DNA of 64,000 nt, from assembly GCA_964016885.1 (NCBI GenBank), contig OZ024740.1:244590001-244654000 (forward strand), written 5' to 3'. The notes under the pieces were generated by a model, which worked only from the letters and a program-made list of their open reading frames with translations, did not search any database and had not been told where the DNA came from. This document shows positions 13,623-23,846 of this stretch, one piece after another. The translations under genes were made by a program, and so were the position numbers. How positions within the stretch are numbered: the stretch's first letter is position 1; each line of letters starts with the position of its first letter. The DNA comes from Eledone cirrhosa. Lineage: Eukaryota.

Positions 13623-13995
13623 GTAAAAGTCTCAGACCAGCGTCTTAAATTTCCAATGAAGCCATGCTGACCGGAAATAGTATAGAGTTCTAACTTTAAT
13701 ATCAAAGAATTAAAATTAGGTGGGTAAAGAGTAGTCTCCCTTTAAGAGGGGTTTGTTTATGTTTTTGTTGTGTTTTTTAAATTTTATATGCGTGCCTGTA
13801 TATGTGTGTGGGAGAAAGCATGAAGGTGTAGGTATGTGTGTGTGTGAGTGTGGGAAGATAGGTATAATCGTAAAAGTGGGGGGTAGGTGTTATCTGGTGT
13901 TAGAACTGGTTTTGTGTGTGTATGTGTGAGAGAGAATAAGTGGAGGTGTGCGCGTGCGTGTGTGTGGGGTGTGTAAAGTGGGGCTAGAGGCCCTA

Positions 13996-15708
13996 TCAGG
14001 TTATAAATTGGGTGTTGAGCTCTAGTCTATTATTGATTGGTGGATGTGTTCTATCTATAATGAGTGCTTCCTTGATTCTAAGATTGCCGAGGTTTCTTTC
14101 TTTAGTTTCTATCCTAACTGTTATGTTTTTATCAGTGTTTTTGCATTTAACTAGGTGTTTCTTAAATGAGGAAGCGTTAGTATTGAGGTGTTCTTTTATT
14201 CTTATGTGGAGTGGTCTGGTGGTGCTACCTACGTAGAAGTTGTTGCATTTGTCACACTCTAGTCTGTAAACTACGTAAGCCTGGTGGCATAGGTCTGTGT
14301 CGTTGATGGGGCAGTTGGCTAGTCTGCAGCAGTTGTCATGTCTGGTGGAGTGTCTCTTAGCTAGCCGTCCACGCAAAGAAGGACCCGAGTGGGCCAGTTG
14401 AATATCCAGACCTTCTCGTCTGATGGCTCTGCGGATGGCTGTTGTTGTTTCTTCACTGAAGTGTGGGAGCTTCAGGAAGCAAGTGTTAGTGCCTCGGGTG
14501 TGGTGTCCTCTGTTCTTTCTGGCACGGTTTGTGGTGGGTGTCGTGTATCCGTTCAGTTTGAGTACTTCCAGGAAATGTGTGGTGTGTGTGTCTCGGTCTC
14601 TGGCGTCGGTGCATTTGTTCTTGATACGTGCCAGTTCGTTCTTTATGTATCCGAACTTGGCACCGAGTGGGAGGGCCGATCTGAAATGTACGAACAGGTC
14701 CCTGCTGGCGGATTTTTTATAGAAGCAGGTGTGGATGTTGCCTTCCTCTGTTACCCTGAGTTGGAAGTCCAGCAGGGATAGGGATCCGCGGTCATCGGGG
14801 TGTTCTATGCTGAACTTTATACTGGCGTCCATGCTGGAGAATGTTGTGTATATTTTCTCTGCCTCTTCACGGGATGATGTAAGGATGAGTATGTCATCTA
14901 CATATCGGGTGAAGAAGGCATGGGAATGGCAGGTGTTGAGGGCTCGGCATTCTAGCTGGTTCATGTAAGTGATGGCCAGCAGGCCAGAGAGGCTGGATCC
15001 CATGGGTAATCCTGTTGTCTGTCTGTATGTGTGGTGGTGGAAGGTGAAGTACGTGTTGTCTACTGTGAAGGACAAAAGTTGGTGTATGTCCGTCGGGTGG
15101 AGGCCGTAGCAGTGGATGTTCTCTGCGACCACGCAGTCCGTCAATAAATCGACAGCTGGGTGAGCGGGGACTATAGTGTAGAGGGAGACAACGTCGAGGC
15201 TAAAAGCGTATTTATTAAGTTTAAGTTGTTCTGGCTGGAGTTGGTGTAATCTACGTATAACTTCGTCGGAGCTACTGACATGTCCGGGGAAGGTGGAGAG
15301 TAGAGGCTTGAGGACCTGGGAGAGAAGCCAGGAAATTTTGTATAGGGGTCCTTCTATGCTAGAGACGATGGGTCTTATATGCGTCTTAGTGCTATTCTTG
15401 TGGGTCTTGATGAGGTGGTAGAAAGTGGGCAGTCTGCTATTTCTAGTGGTGTAGTTGAGTTTAATTTTATTCGGGAGTTGTCTTCTCCTACAGATATCGA
15501 ACCAAATGGAGTTGGTCTGTTTTTCGATTTGGGCTGCGGTCATGTCCGGGATCACTGTGTACAGTTCACTGTCGCTTAGGTGTTCGAAGGCTAGGTTATT
15601 GTATGTGGCTTGAGAGATGACGCAGAACTCTTTACCTTTGTCGGATGGTAAGTAAATAAGTTCCTTATTCCGTAGGTTCTTCAGGGCGAGTTGTTGTGTC
15701 CTGGAGAG
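13996..15708 (-). CDS. Penelope-like element RT + GIY-YIG endonuclease (5'-truncated, no ATG)
   Basis: PSDKG, SLDVVSLYT, GLPMGS, RYVDD, Cys-rich linker, VVYRLECDKCNNFYVGST..R..EH. Uninterrupted frame of ~570 codons. Confidence 0.93.
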   Translation of the reverse strand, partial: LSRTQQLALKNLRNKELIYLPSDKGKEFCVISQATYNNLAFEHLSDSELYTVIPDMTAAQIEKQTNSIWFDICRRRQLPNKIKLNYTTRNSRLPTFYHLIKTHKNSTKTHIRPIVSSIEGPLYKISWLLSQVLKPLLSTFPGHVSSSDEVIRRLHQLQPEQLKLNKYAFSLDVVSLYTIVPAHPAVDLLTDCVVAENIHCYGLHPTDIHQLLSFTVDNTYFTFHHHTYRQTTGLPMGSSLSGLLAITYMNQLECRALNTCHSHAFFTRYVDDILILTSSREEAEKIYTTFSSMDASIKFSIEHPDDRGSLSLLDFQLRVTEEGNIHTCFYKKSASRDLFVHFRSALPLGAKFGYIKNELARIKNKCTDARDRDTHTTHFLEVLKLNGYTTPTTNRARKNRGHHTRGTNTCFLKLPHFSEETTTAIRRAIRREGLDIQLAHSGPSLRGRLAKRHSTRHDNCCRLANCPINDTDLCHQAYVVYRLECDKCNNFYVGSTTRPLHIRIKEHLNTNASSFKKHLVKCKNTDKNITVRIETKERNLGNLRIKEALIIDRTHPPINNRLELNTQFIT

Positions 15709-15716
15709 GACACAAC

Positions 15717-17423
15717 AGGACACAACAACTCGCCCTGAAGAACCTACGGAATAAGGAACTTATTTACTTACCATCCGACAAAGGTAAAGAGTTCTGCGTC
15801 ATCTCTCAAGCCACATACAATAACCTAGCCTTCGAACACCTAAGCGACAGTGAACTGTACACAGTGATCCCGGACATGACCGCAGCCCAAATCGAAAAAC
15901 AGACCAACTCCATTTGGTTCGATATCTGTAGGAGAAGACAACTCCCGAATAAAATTAAACTCAACTACACCACTAGAAATAGCAGACTGCCCACTTTCTA
16001 CCACCTCATCAAGACCCACAAGAATAGCACTAAGACGCATATAAGACCCATCGTCTCTAGCATAGAAGGACCCCTATACAAAATTTCCTGGCTTCTCTCC
16101 CAGGTCCTCAAGCCTCTACTCTCCACCTTCCCCGGACATGTCAGTAGCTCCGACGAAGTTATACGTAGATTACACCAACTCCAGCCAGAACAACTTAAAC
16201 TTAATAAATACGCTTTTAGCCTCGACGTTGTCTCCCTCTACACTATAGTCCCCGCTCACCCAGCTGTCGATTTATTGACGGACTGCGTGGTCGCAGAGAA
16301 CATCCACTGCTACGGCCTCCACCCGACGGACATACACCAACTTTTGTCCTTCACAGTAGACAACACGTACTTCACCTTCCACCACCACACATACAGACAG
16401 ACAACAGGATTACCCATGGGATCCAGCCTCTCTGGCCTGCTGGCCATCACTTACATGAACCAGCTAGAATGCCGAGCCCTCAACACCTGCCATTCCCATG
16501 CCTTCTTCACCCGATATGTAGATGACATACTCATCCTTACATCATCCCGTGAAGAGGCAGAGAAAATATACACAACATTCTCCAGCATGGACGCCAGTAT
16601 AAAGTTCAGCATAGAACACCCCGATGACCGCGGATCCCTATCCCTGCTGGACTTCCAACTCAGGGTAACAGAGGAAGGCAACATCCACACCTGCTTCTAT
16701 AAAAAATCCGCCAGCAGGGACCTGTTCGTACATTTCAGATCGGCCCTCCCACTCGGTGCCAAGTTCGGATACATAAAGAACGAACTGGCACGTATCAAGA
16801 ACAAATGCACCGACGCCAGAGACCGAGACACACACACCACACATTTCCTGGAAGTACTCAAACTGAACGGATACACGACACCCACCACAAACCGTGCCAG
16901 AAAGAACAGAGGACACCACACCCGAGGCACTAACACTTGCTTCCTGAAGCTCCCACACTTCAGTGAAGAAACAACAACAGCCATCCGCAGAGCCATCAGA
17001 CGAGAAGGTCTGGATATTCAACTGGCCCACTCGGGTCCTTCTTTGCGTGGACGGCTAGCTAAGAGACACTCCACCAGACATGACAACTGCTGCAGACTAG
17101 CCAACTGCCCCATCAACGACACAGACCTATGCCACCAGGCTTACGTAGTTTACAGACTAGAGTGTGACAAATGCAACAACTTCTACGTAGGTAGCACCAC
17201 CAGACCACTCCACATAAGAATAAAAGAACACCTCAATACTAACGCTTCCTCATTTAAGAAACACCTAGTTAAATGCAAAAACACTGATAAAAACATAACA
17301 GTTAGGATAGAAACTAAAGAAAGAAACCTCGGCAATCTTAGAATCAAGGAAGCACTCATTATAGATAGAACACATCCACCAATCAATAATAGACTAGAGC
17401 TCAACACCCAATTTATAACCTGA
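15717..17423 (+). CDS. Penelope-like element RT + GIY-YIG endonuclease (5'-truncated, identical mirror copy)
   Basis: Same translation as 13996-15708 from RTQQLALK onward. Confidence 0.93.
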   Translation, partial: RTQQLALKNLRNKELIYLPSDKGKEFCVISQATYNNLAFEHLSDSELYTVIPDMTAAQIEKQTNSIWFDICRRRQLPNKIKLNYTTRNSRLPTFYHLIKTHKNSTKTHIRPIVSSIEGPLYKISWLLSQVLKPLLSTFPGHVSSSDEVIRRLHQLQPEQLKLNKYAFSLDVVSLYTIVPAHPAVDLLTDCVVAENIHCYGLHPTDIHQLLSFTVDNTYFTFHHHTYRQTTGLPMGSSLSGLLAITYMNQLECRALNTCHSHAFFTRYVDDILILTSSREEAEKIYTTFSSMDASIKFSIEHPDDRGSLSLLDFQLRVTEEGNIHTCFYKKSASRDLFVHFRSALPLGAKFGYIKNELARIKNKCTDARDRDTHTTHFLEVLKLNGYTTPTTNRARKNRGHHTRGTNTCFLKLPHFSEETTTAIRRAIRREGLDIQLAHSGPSLRGRLAKRHSTRHDNCCRLANCPINDTDLCHQAYVVYRLECDKCNNFYVGSTTRPLHIRIKEHLNTNASSFKKHLVKCKNTDKNITVRIETKERNLGNLRIKEALIIDRTHPPINNRLELNTQFIT

Positions 17424-17796
17424 TAGGGCCTCTAGCCCCACTTTACACACCCCACACACACGCACGCGCACACCTCCACTTATTCTCTCTCACACATACA
17501 CACACAAAACCAGTTCTAACACCAGATAACACCTACCCCCCACTTTTACGATTATACCTATCTTCCCACACTCACACACACACATACCTACACCTTCATG
17601 CTTTCTCCCACACACATATACAGGCACGCATATAAAATTTAAAAAACACAACAAAAACATAAACAAACCCCTCTTAAAGGGAGACTACTCTTTACCCACC
17701 TAATTTTAATTCTTTGATATTAAAGTTAGAACTCTATACTATTTCCGGTCAGCATGGCTTCATTGGAAATTTAAGACGCTGGTCTGAGACTTTTAC

Positions 17797-17834
17797 TTCC
17801 CTCCGAAGAAGAGATATTATCTCGAAAATTAAGG
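17797..17834 (+). ncRNA. Minimal hammerhead variant (CCGAAGA core, palindromic AATT stem III)
   Basis: CCT-CCGAAGA-A-GAGAT-att-ATCTC-GAAA-AT-T-A-AGG. Position in the PLE 3' UTR is where PLE HHRs are expected. Confidence 0.55.
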
Positions 17835-18139
17835 ACATTTAAATAAATTCAAGGTGAAAGACGAATTCTCATCAATATCTTTCACTATTGCATTCTTTTT
17901 TCTATGTCCATATCTGCATTGTCTTGGCCTTATTACACATATTCTAACGTTTATATATATATATATATTTCACCTACCTGTATTTTGCCAGAAATAATAA
18001 TAAAACACACTCACTGTTTGGTTTAGATTGGTTTTCGCTTATGTATCTTTTATATATCCATAGTTAATTTATCTGGCAATCAATGTTTACCATTGATTAA
18101 CCAACGGTTAAAAATATAGATATAAATATAAATATAGTC

Positions 18140-18183
18140 TATCAAAGTTCTTTCGTCACACATCTGTGACATCATTAGTGGCA
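18140..18183 (-). ncRNA. Degenerate hammerhead motif (G5-to-A core change), likely inactive
   Basis: TGCCA-CTAATGA-T-GTCACA-gatg-TGTGAC-GAAA-GAAC-T-T-TGATA. Confidence 0.45.
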
Positions 18184-18225
18184 CTATTATGTTTCCTCCC
18201 GTTGTATTGTAATCCCCACGCCATT

Positions 18226-18293
<68 letters not shown>

Positions 18294-18369
18294 GGTAAAT
18301 ATTGATGCAATTCAATTCAAGCACTCAACGAACTTTTTCCACATAGGAGTGACGGAGTAAATATCGAAT

Positions 18370-18458
<89 letters not shown>

Positions 18459-18774
18459 GTATATTATTGACAGACGTGAGAACAGGTTGTCCTGACTTTA
18501 CCCCGGTTAAAAATTTAGCCTAGCTCATATTTTCACCGCCTGCACATCAAGCCTATATACTGTTTCGGATAACTGGTTGTTTTGACACCTTATCCGATCG
18601 TTAAAAAAAGCAACGCAGAACATAATTGTTTTTTTTTTAAATTAATGTCGGTAGTACTTCTATGAGTTTTGAAATATAGACTTGTGTAATCTTTTTGCCA
18701 TGATCTGTATAATCTCATTTTCTGATTTGATTTTCGATGGTGTCTGATTTCCATTCTTAGACATGATTATTGTT

Positions 18775-18955
18775 CCTACTTTGGCACAAGGCCAGCAATT
18801 ACCCAGTGCATTACTGGTACTTTATTTTATCGACCCCGTAAGGATGAAATGCACAGTTAACTTCGGCGATATTTGAACTCAGAATGGCAAGGGCCGTAAC
18901 TCTATGCGCCAAAGCATGGCGTCCGACCCTCTACCGATACTGCCAATCCACCGCC
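18775..18955 (-). mobile_element. tRNA-derived SINE (family of 5812-5990)
   Basis: Reverse complement of the family consensus, including ATTTGAACTC (B box). Confidence 0.85.
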
Positions 18956-19339
18956 TATTCTTAGACATGATAATGGCAATTAGCTTGTTTACTAGGTACA
19001 ATGTTATAGAGTGAATGAAGACATCACTGCAGTGCCATGCTTTTAAATACGTTTGCATATCTGCCTTGTGTGTTAAACTAATGTTAACACTGTTTACAGT
19101 GACCAACTGTAATTAAACTAGCAGACCGACTGAAAGTTGGTACATTTTATAACTCTAAACGAAAGGCCCATTTGTAACAACAGTATCGGTAACACTTCTT
19201 AGATGCTACTTCAAGTGATATTTTGTGATTTGATAGTGATTATAACAGTGTTTGCTTCTTTATTATTTCAAATTGTTTACTGTTCATTGGGCATTGTAAT
19301 GTTTTAAAGGAAAGTTATTATGTAACAATAAGAATGCAG

Positions 19340-20330
19340 AAAGAACAGCCATATCAGACAAGCGGAAATGTGTGCATTCAATTATCAAGTCGTCAAGAAA
19401 TCACCCCGAACTATAAATTTAGAAGAAAATATAGAAGTCATTTGTTGAATGGAAGATGATGATAGCCAGGCTAGTGTTTGTAGGACCCTGTCAACAGTAA
19501 CTATGACCATAAAGAATGCAGAGAAAATAAAGTGGCCCATGCAGCAGGCTACCAGAATAAGTGCGACGCAAGTAGGTTATTATCGTGGTAACTTAGTTGA
19601 GAAAATGGGTTATTAATATTGTGGATGGAAGACGTGAATCAGAAAATCATATCACGGAATCATGATATCATATGTCATAAGATAAAGACTATTTTTGATA
19701 AACATAAGGAGAAAGAGGGCAAAATTTACATTAGCAGGCAGTAAGGGTTGGTTTAGGGTTACAAGTGTTGCCCTGTGGGTCGTAGTGTTAAGATAAACTG
19801 GTGACGCACTTCAGGTACTGAAACAGCTAAAACGTTTTCTGAAATTAAATCTAATGCTGTTCTATTGCCCAGAAACACGTCATGATGCATTAAAGGAGTT
19901 AAATAATTTACAGTTGTCCACCTATTGGATGTCAAACAAGAATGCGTTGGCCACACAGAAATTCTTCTTGGACTGGTACGCACATTTTTGCACTGACGTA
20001 TACAACTTTTGTAGAAATGAGTTGCGACGTCAAAGGTGCCAAGCTGTATCGGCCATTACCTTTCCCTTGGAAAACATCGGTGACGTGGAGAGGGGAGACT
20101 GGTATGCATGGGCAACTGCTGGTCTTCTACAAACAACATTGCCGAGACTTGTACTTCGAAGAGGAACTTTCTAGGTGTCACCAAAATCTATTTTCCTGTT
20201 AGACAACGCTCCTGACCGTCTTCCAAATCTTGGTGAAGTTCAAACAAAGCTTAAAGCAAATGTAATTTACATCTATCCAAGCTTGATATCTGTTCTCCAA
20301 TCGAGGAACCAGAGCTGAATATTAGCTTTC
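19340..20330 (+). pseudogene. Decayed pogo/Tigger-like transposase
   Basis: Broken frames resemble a CENP-B-type HTH (KRK..LEENIEVI..ME..STV.MTIKNAEKI), an SKGWF motif, and a DDE region (LLDNAP..LPNL, S.LQ..NQ). Confidence 0.55.
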
Positions 20331-21740
20331 AGTTTCTGCATTTTTGGTTCCTTTTAAAGTGGTCTTTCTGCCAGACTGTTGGTCTTTAGCTTAAATATAG
20401 TAGATGGCTTTCTATAACTGACCTTGTTGACAGTTTTCCAAGCCATTGCAAATTGTTTGTTGGCAGCAGAAGAATTGACCAGCCTTAATTTTCTTTGATG
20501 TATTCTTCTTCATTCAAGTAGGTGTCTTTTAGTTAGGCTAAAGCCTTATCAAAGTCCTGTTTGGATTGTTTACATGGGTTAGAGTTTCTTAACGATGTCT
20601 TCTCTTTTACAACAGCCCTTTGAGAGACAATGGCTGCGGATTACCCTAGAATATTTCGCCGTTTAGGGGGTTTGGGAGGAATGACTTTGGAGAAAGCTTT
20701 TTCATGAAATTGGACAAAATTGTTGTGTAGAATTGACTGTATTGTCTATTTCTTGTTCTTGTAGTGCCTCAAATTTCTTCTTGACTGCTATAGTGTATTG
20801 TTCTTTGAGATTGCTGTCTGTAGCCAGACAAGACCAGTCATATAGTGGTGGATTGTGTTTTCCTATTGGCTCAGAGGCTAAGTCGGATGGTGGAATAAAC
20901 AATTCGTTGGTCTAAAAAAAACCCTTCGAAAATGTTGAAGGCTTGGCAATTAAGTGGCTATTTTTCCACTTTTTATTTATCAATATGTAACCCAATTGGG
21001 CTCTGTATCCATTGCCTAAACCATTGCTTAGAAATTTTGTGTTCAGACACCAGAGTTGATTTTCCTGTATAAACTTTCCTGGGTGATGGCCATTTCCGTT
21101 CGTAGAGTCATGATATGCAAATTTATGCTCATCACTTATACAAATTTGGGTATTCAAGTTTCCTCCAATCAACAGGAGGTTATGCTTAGCGACCTGTTTG
21201 ACCAGGAATGATAAATGCTTATAGAGTAGCATTAATTCTTCCTCATCAGCGGTATTTGTGGGTGAAAAGCAGGAAACAATAGTTGTCATGGGATTGCCAT
21301 TGAAGGATACAATGATCATTCGGGGATCAATCTCCTCAATGACATTCAGGGCTTTGTAGACTAACGGACTTAGTAACATACCAATTCCGCCAATCGTAGC
21401 TCCAATAGAGTTCTTCCACGCAGAGGCCGAAATAACGATCCAGCTTTTGCCGGCGTTATGGTATCTAAGATTGTCGTCTGGGAGAAAGTATCTGTGCTCT
21501 TGAATATAATAACATCAATATTCAGATCTATGGTAGACGCAATAAGTTCTGGTAATTGATTGCTGCTATTGAGTGTTCGGATATTGAAGGTAGAAAACAA
21601 CACCGATTTTTTTACATGCAAGTAGATGGGTCTGTTGACCCCCGCAGTTGATTTTTTGAGCACTTTGCCGAGGTCTGGACAAAAGCTTGTTAGCCCGCGC
21701 GACATGCGATGCAGTATCGGTTTCTGGAAATTGTGCTGCT
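20331..21740 (-). mobile_element. Degenerate RTE/RTE-X-like LINE, 5' part (APE domain)
   Basis: STFNIRTL, TTIVSCFSPTN, LIGGNLN, RAQLGYILINKKW; related to the element at 1-2518. Confidence 0.75.
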
Positions 21741-21759
21741 CATGTTTGTCTTTCAGTAT

Positions 21760-21790
21760 GTACACACACACACACACACGCACACACACG

Positions 21791-21823
<33 letters not shown>

Positions 21824-22394
21824 GTATATATATATATATATATATATAAATGAAGTAATTCCGTCGGAAAAGTCCAGGAAAAAAGAGTGCTCTATGTAGG
21901 TAACAGAGCTTTTTTATGTGTGTGTATGTATACATATATGTGTGTGTGTGTATGTTTATATTTATGTATATATATATATGTATGTGTATATAATTGCATA
22001 TACATATGTGTGTGTATATATTGTATACGTGTGCGTGTTTGTGCATGTATGTGTATGTATGTGTTTATGTATTTGTATATGTATATTTTTGTGTGAGAGT
22101 GTGTGTATGTATTTACTATTTCGTACGTATGTATACGTGCATTTGTGTGTATTACTTACCACGCGTGTCTGTCCAGTTAGCTGCCTTCTGTATCGGTGTC
22201 AAAAATTGTTAATATATATATATATATTTTTTTTCTTATATTTATTTGCGTGTGTGAATATGTAGAGGAGTGCATTTATGTATGTGTATGTATGTACGTG
22301 TGTATATATGTATGATTGTGTGAATGTATGTATATGTGTGTGTGTATGGCTATGTTTGTGTATGTGTATGCTTGTACACACATATATATATATA

Positions 22395-22427
<33 letters not shown>

Positions 22428-22600
22428 GTGTATATATGTGTGTGTGTATATATTAGTGTATGTATGTGTATATGTGTATGTATGTGTATGTGTATATATA
22501 TGTATGTATATATATGTGTATATGTATATATGTATATATATATATATGTGTGTGTGTATGTATGCTTTTGTGTTTTTGTGTGTGTGTTTGCATGTGTAGT
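21760..22600. repeat. Compound (CA/TA/TG/TATG)n microsatellite field; similar tracts at 2590-2860, 6925-7040, 7353-7450, 7792-8010, 8610-8800, 18225-18455, 34405-34620, 41695-41842, 58025-58410
   Basis: Directly visible simple repeats. They explain most short ORFs in the ORF track. Confidence 0.95.
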
Positions 22601-22833
22601 TTTATTTTATTTTTCCTTTCCTTCTTCCTTCTCCAGCCTCACTTGCATATAGATTGCATTTTTGTTTTTAAAATCCAAATTCAATAAACAGACCAGGATT
22701 TTTTCATTCTGAGGATTGAAAGCAAAATCTTTTGCTTTTAAGAAACCACTGGTAAATGGAATAATTGCCTTATGTTGTTTATTACATAACTATATATATA
22801 TATATATATATATTTATTAAAATAACAGATTAA

Positions 22834-22884
22834 AGTTTAAGCAAAGAATCGCTGCTTTCACCCTTAACGGGATCTTCTGAAACT
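22834..22884 (-). ncRNA. Type I hammerhead ribozyme, CAGAAGA core variant (downstream pLTR)
   Basis: AGTTT-CAGAAGA-T-CCC-gttaa-GGG-T-GAA-AGCA-gcgattctt-TGCT-T-AAACT. All three stems pair. Confidence 0.75.
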
Positions 22885-23846
22885 AACAAAGTCAATCTGT
22901 AAACGCAGAACTGGATATTTCAAAAAACGTTGCAACCGGAGGAAGACAGGAAGATGATACTTTGGTTCGTGGTAACGTTCGCTGGCAAAGAACGGGAAAA
23001 AACGAATAATACGTCATTAATAGGAGCGGTGAAAAACAATTACGTGCAAGGACAGAACCACGTTTATGGTAAAAAAGAGGTCGTAGACTAATGTTCTCTT
23101 AGGTGGCGCATAGAGACGTTCTCTGGCAATGAACGAAAAAACGAAGATAATAAGTCATATGTGGAGCGTAGAGAACAATAGCACGCAAAGACAAAACCAC
23201 GTAAATGGTATAGCAGAAATCGTAGACTAAAATTCTAACTAGGAGACCAAATGAATCTCAGCTACAGAGTTAAGAACAAAGTAAATAAATACAATACAGA
23301 AGTAATAGGAACAAATAAATACATACGCGCAAACAGATACGTACATACACAAGCATACGCAAAACCTTACCATGGGTATACAAAACCACGCACATATAAA
23401 TATGTGTGTGTGTGTATGCTTGTGTACAAATAAATAAATAATTATATAAACGTATATAAGTAAATAAATAAGTAAGTAAATAAACGTATATAAGTAAATA
23501 AATACGTATATAACTAGCACACACGCATACCTACATATAAATACACGAATGTTCGGAGACGTAAGTCAACTAAAACAAGAAGTACACATACACACACACC
23601 CACCATACGTACGAACCTGCACACTCACGCGGACGCAAAACTCCCGTATACACATAGCCAAACCCTAAATACCAGAATATGTAAAAATTATACGCTATAA
23701 CAGTCAAATATACGTACGAGAAGGTATACATACCTTCACAAAACATACGGGTAATATATACTTACCTATGCAAATACGTAAAGGAATAAACAAAACATAT
23801 ACTTAGCTCCCACATCAAGACGTAAAATATCCACGTACAGATCGTG

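Larger units (their letters stand above)
13464..17955. repeat. 4.5-kb palindrome: two head-to-head 5'-truncated Penelope-like elements
   Basis: Arms 13464-15703 and 15716-17955 are reverse complements (coordinate pairs sum to 31419) and the two translations are identical. 12-bp spacer; (TA)n on both outer sides. Confidence 0.95.

Noticed and set aside
14012-17407. Antisense ORFs within the Penelope palindrome, and similar ones within the Tx1 elements
   Set aside because: Shadow frames of the coding strand with no independent motifs.
22811-23846. SECIS element or selenoprotein, reported for some Naiads
   Set aside because: The ORF has no in-frame TGA and I found no convincing AUGA/AA/GA stem-loop by eye.
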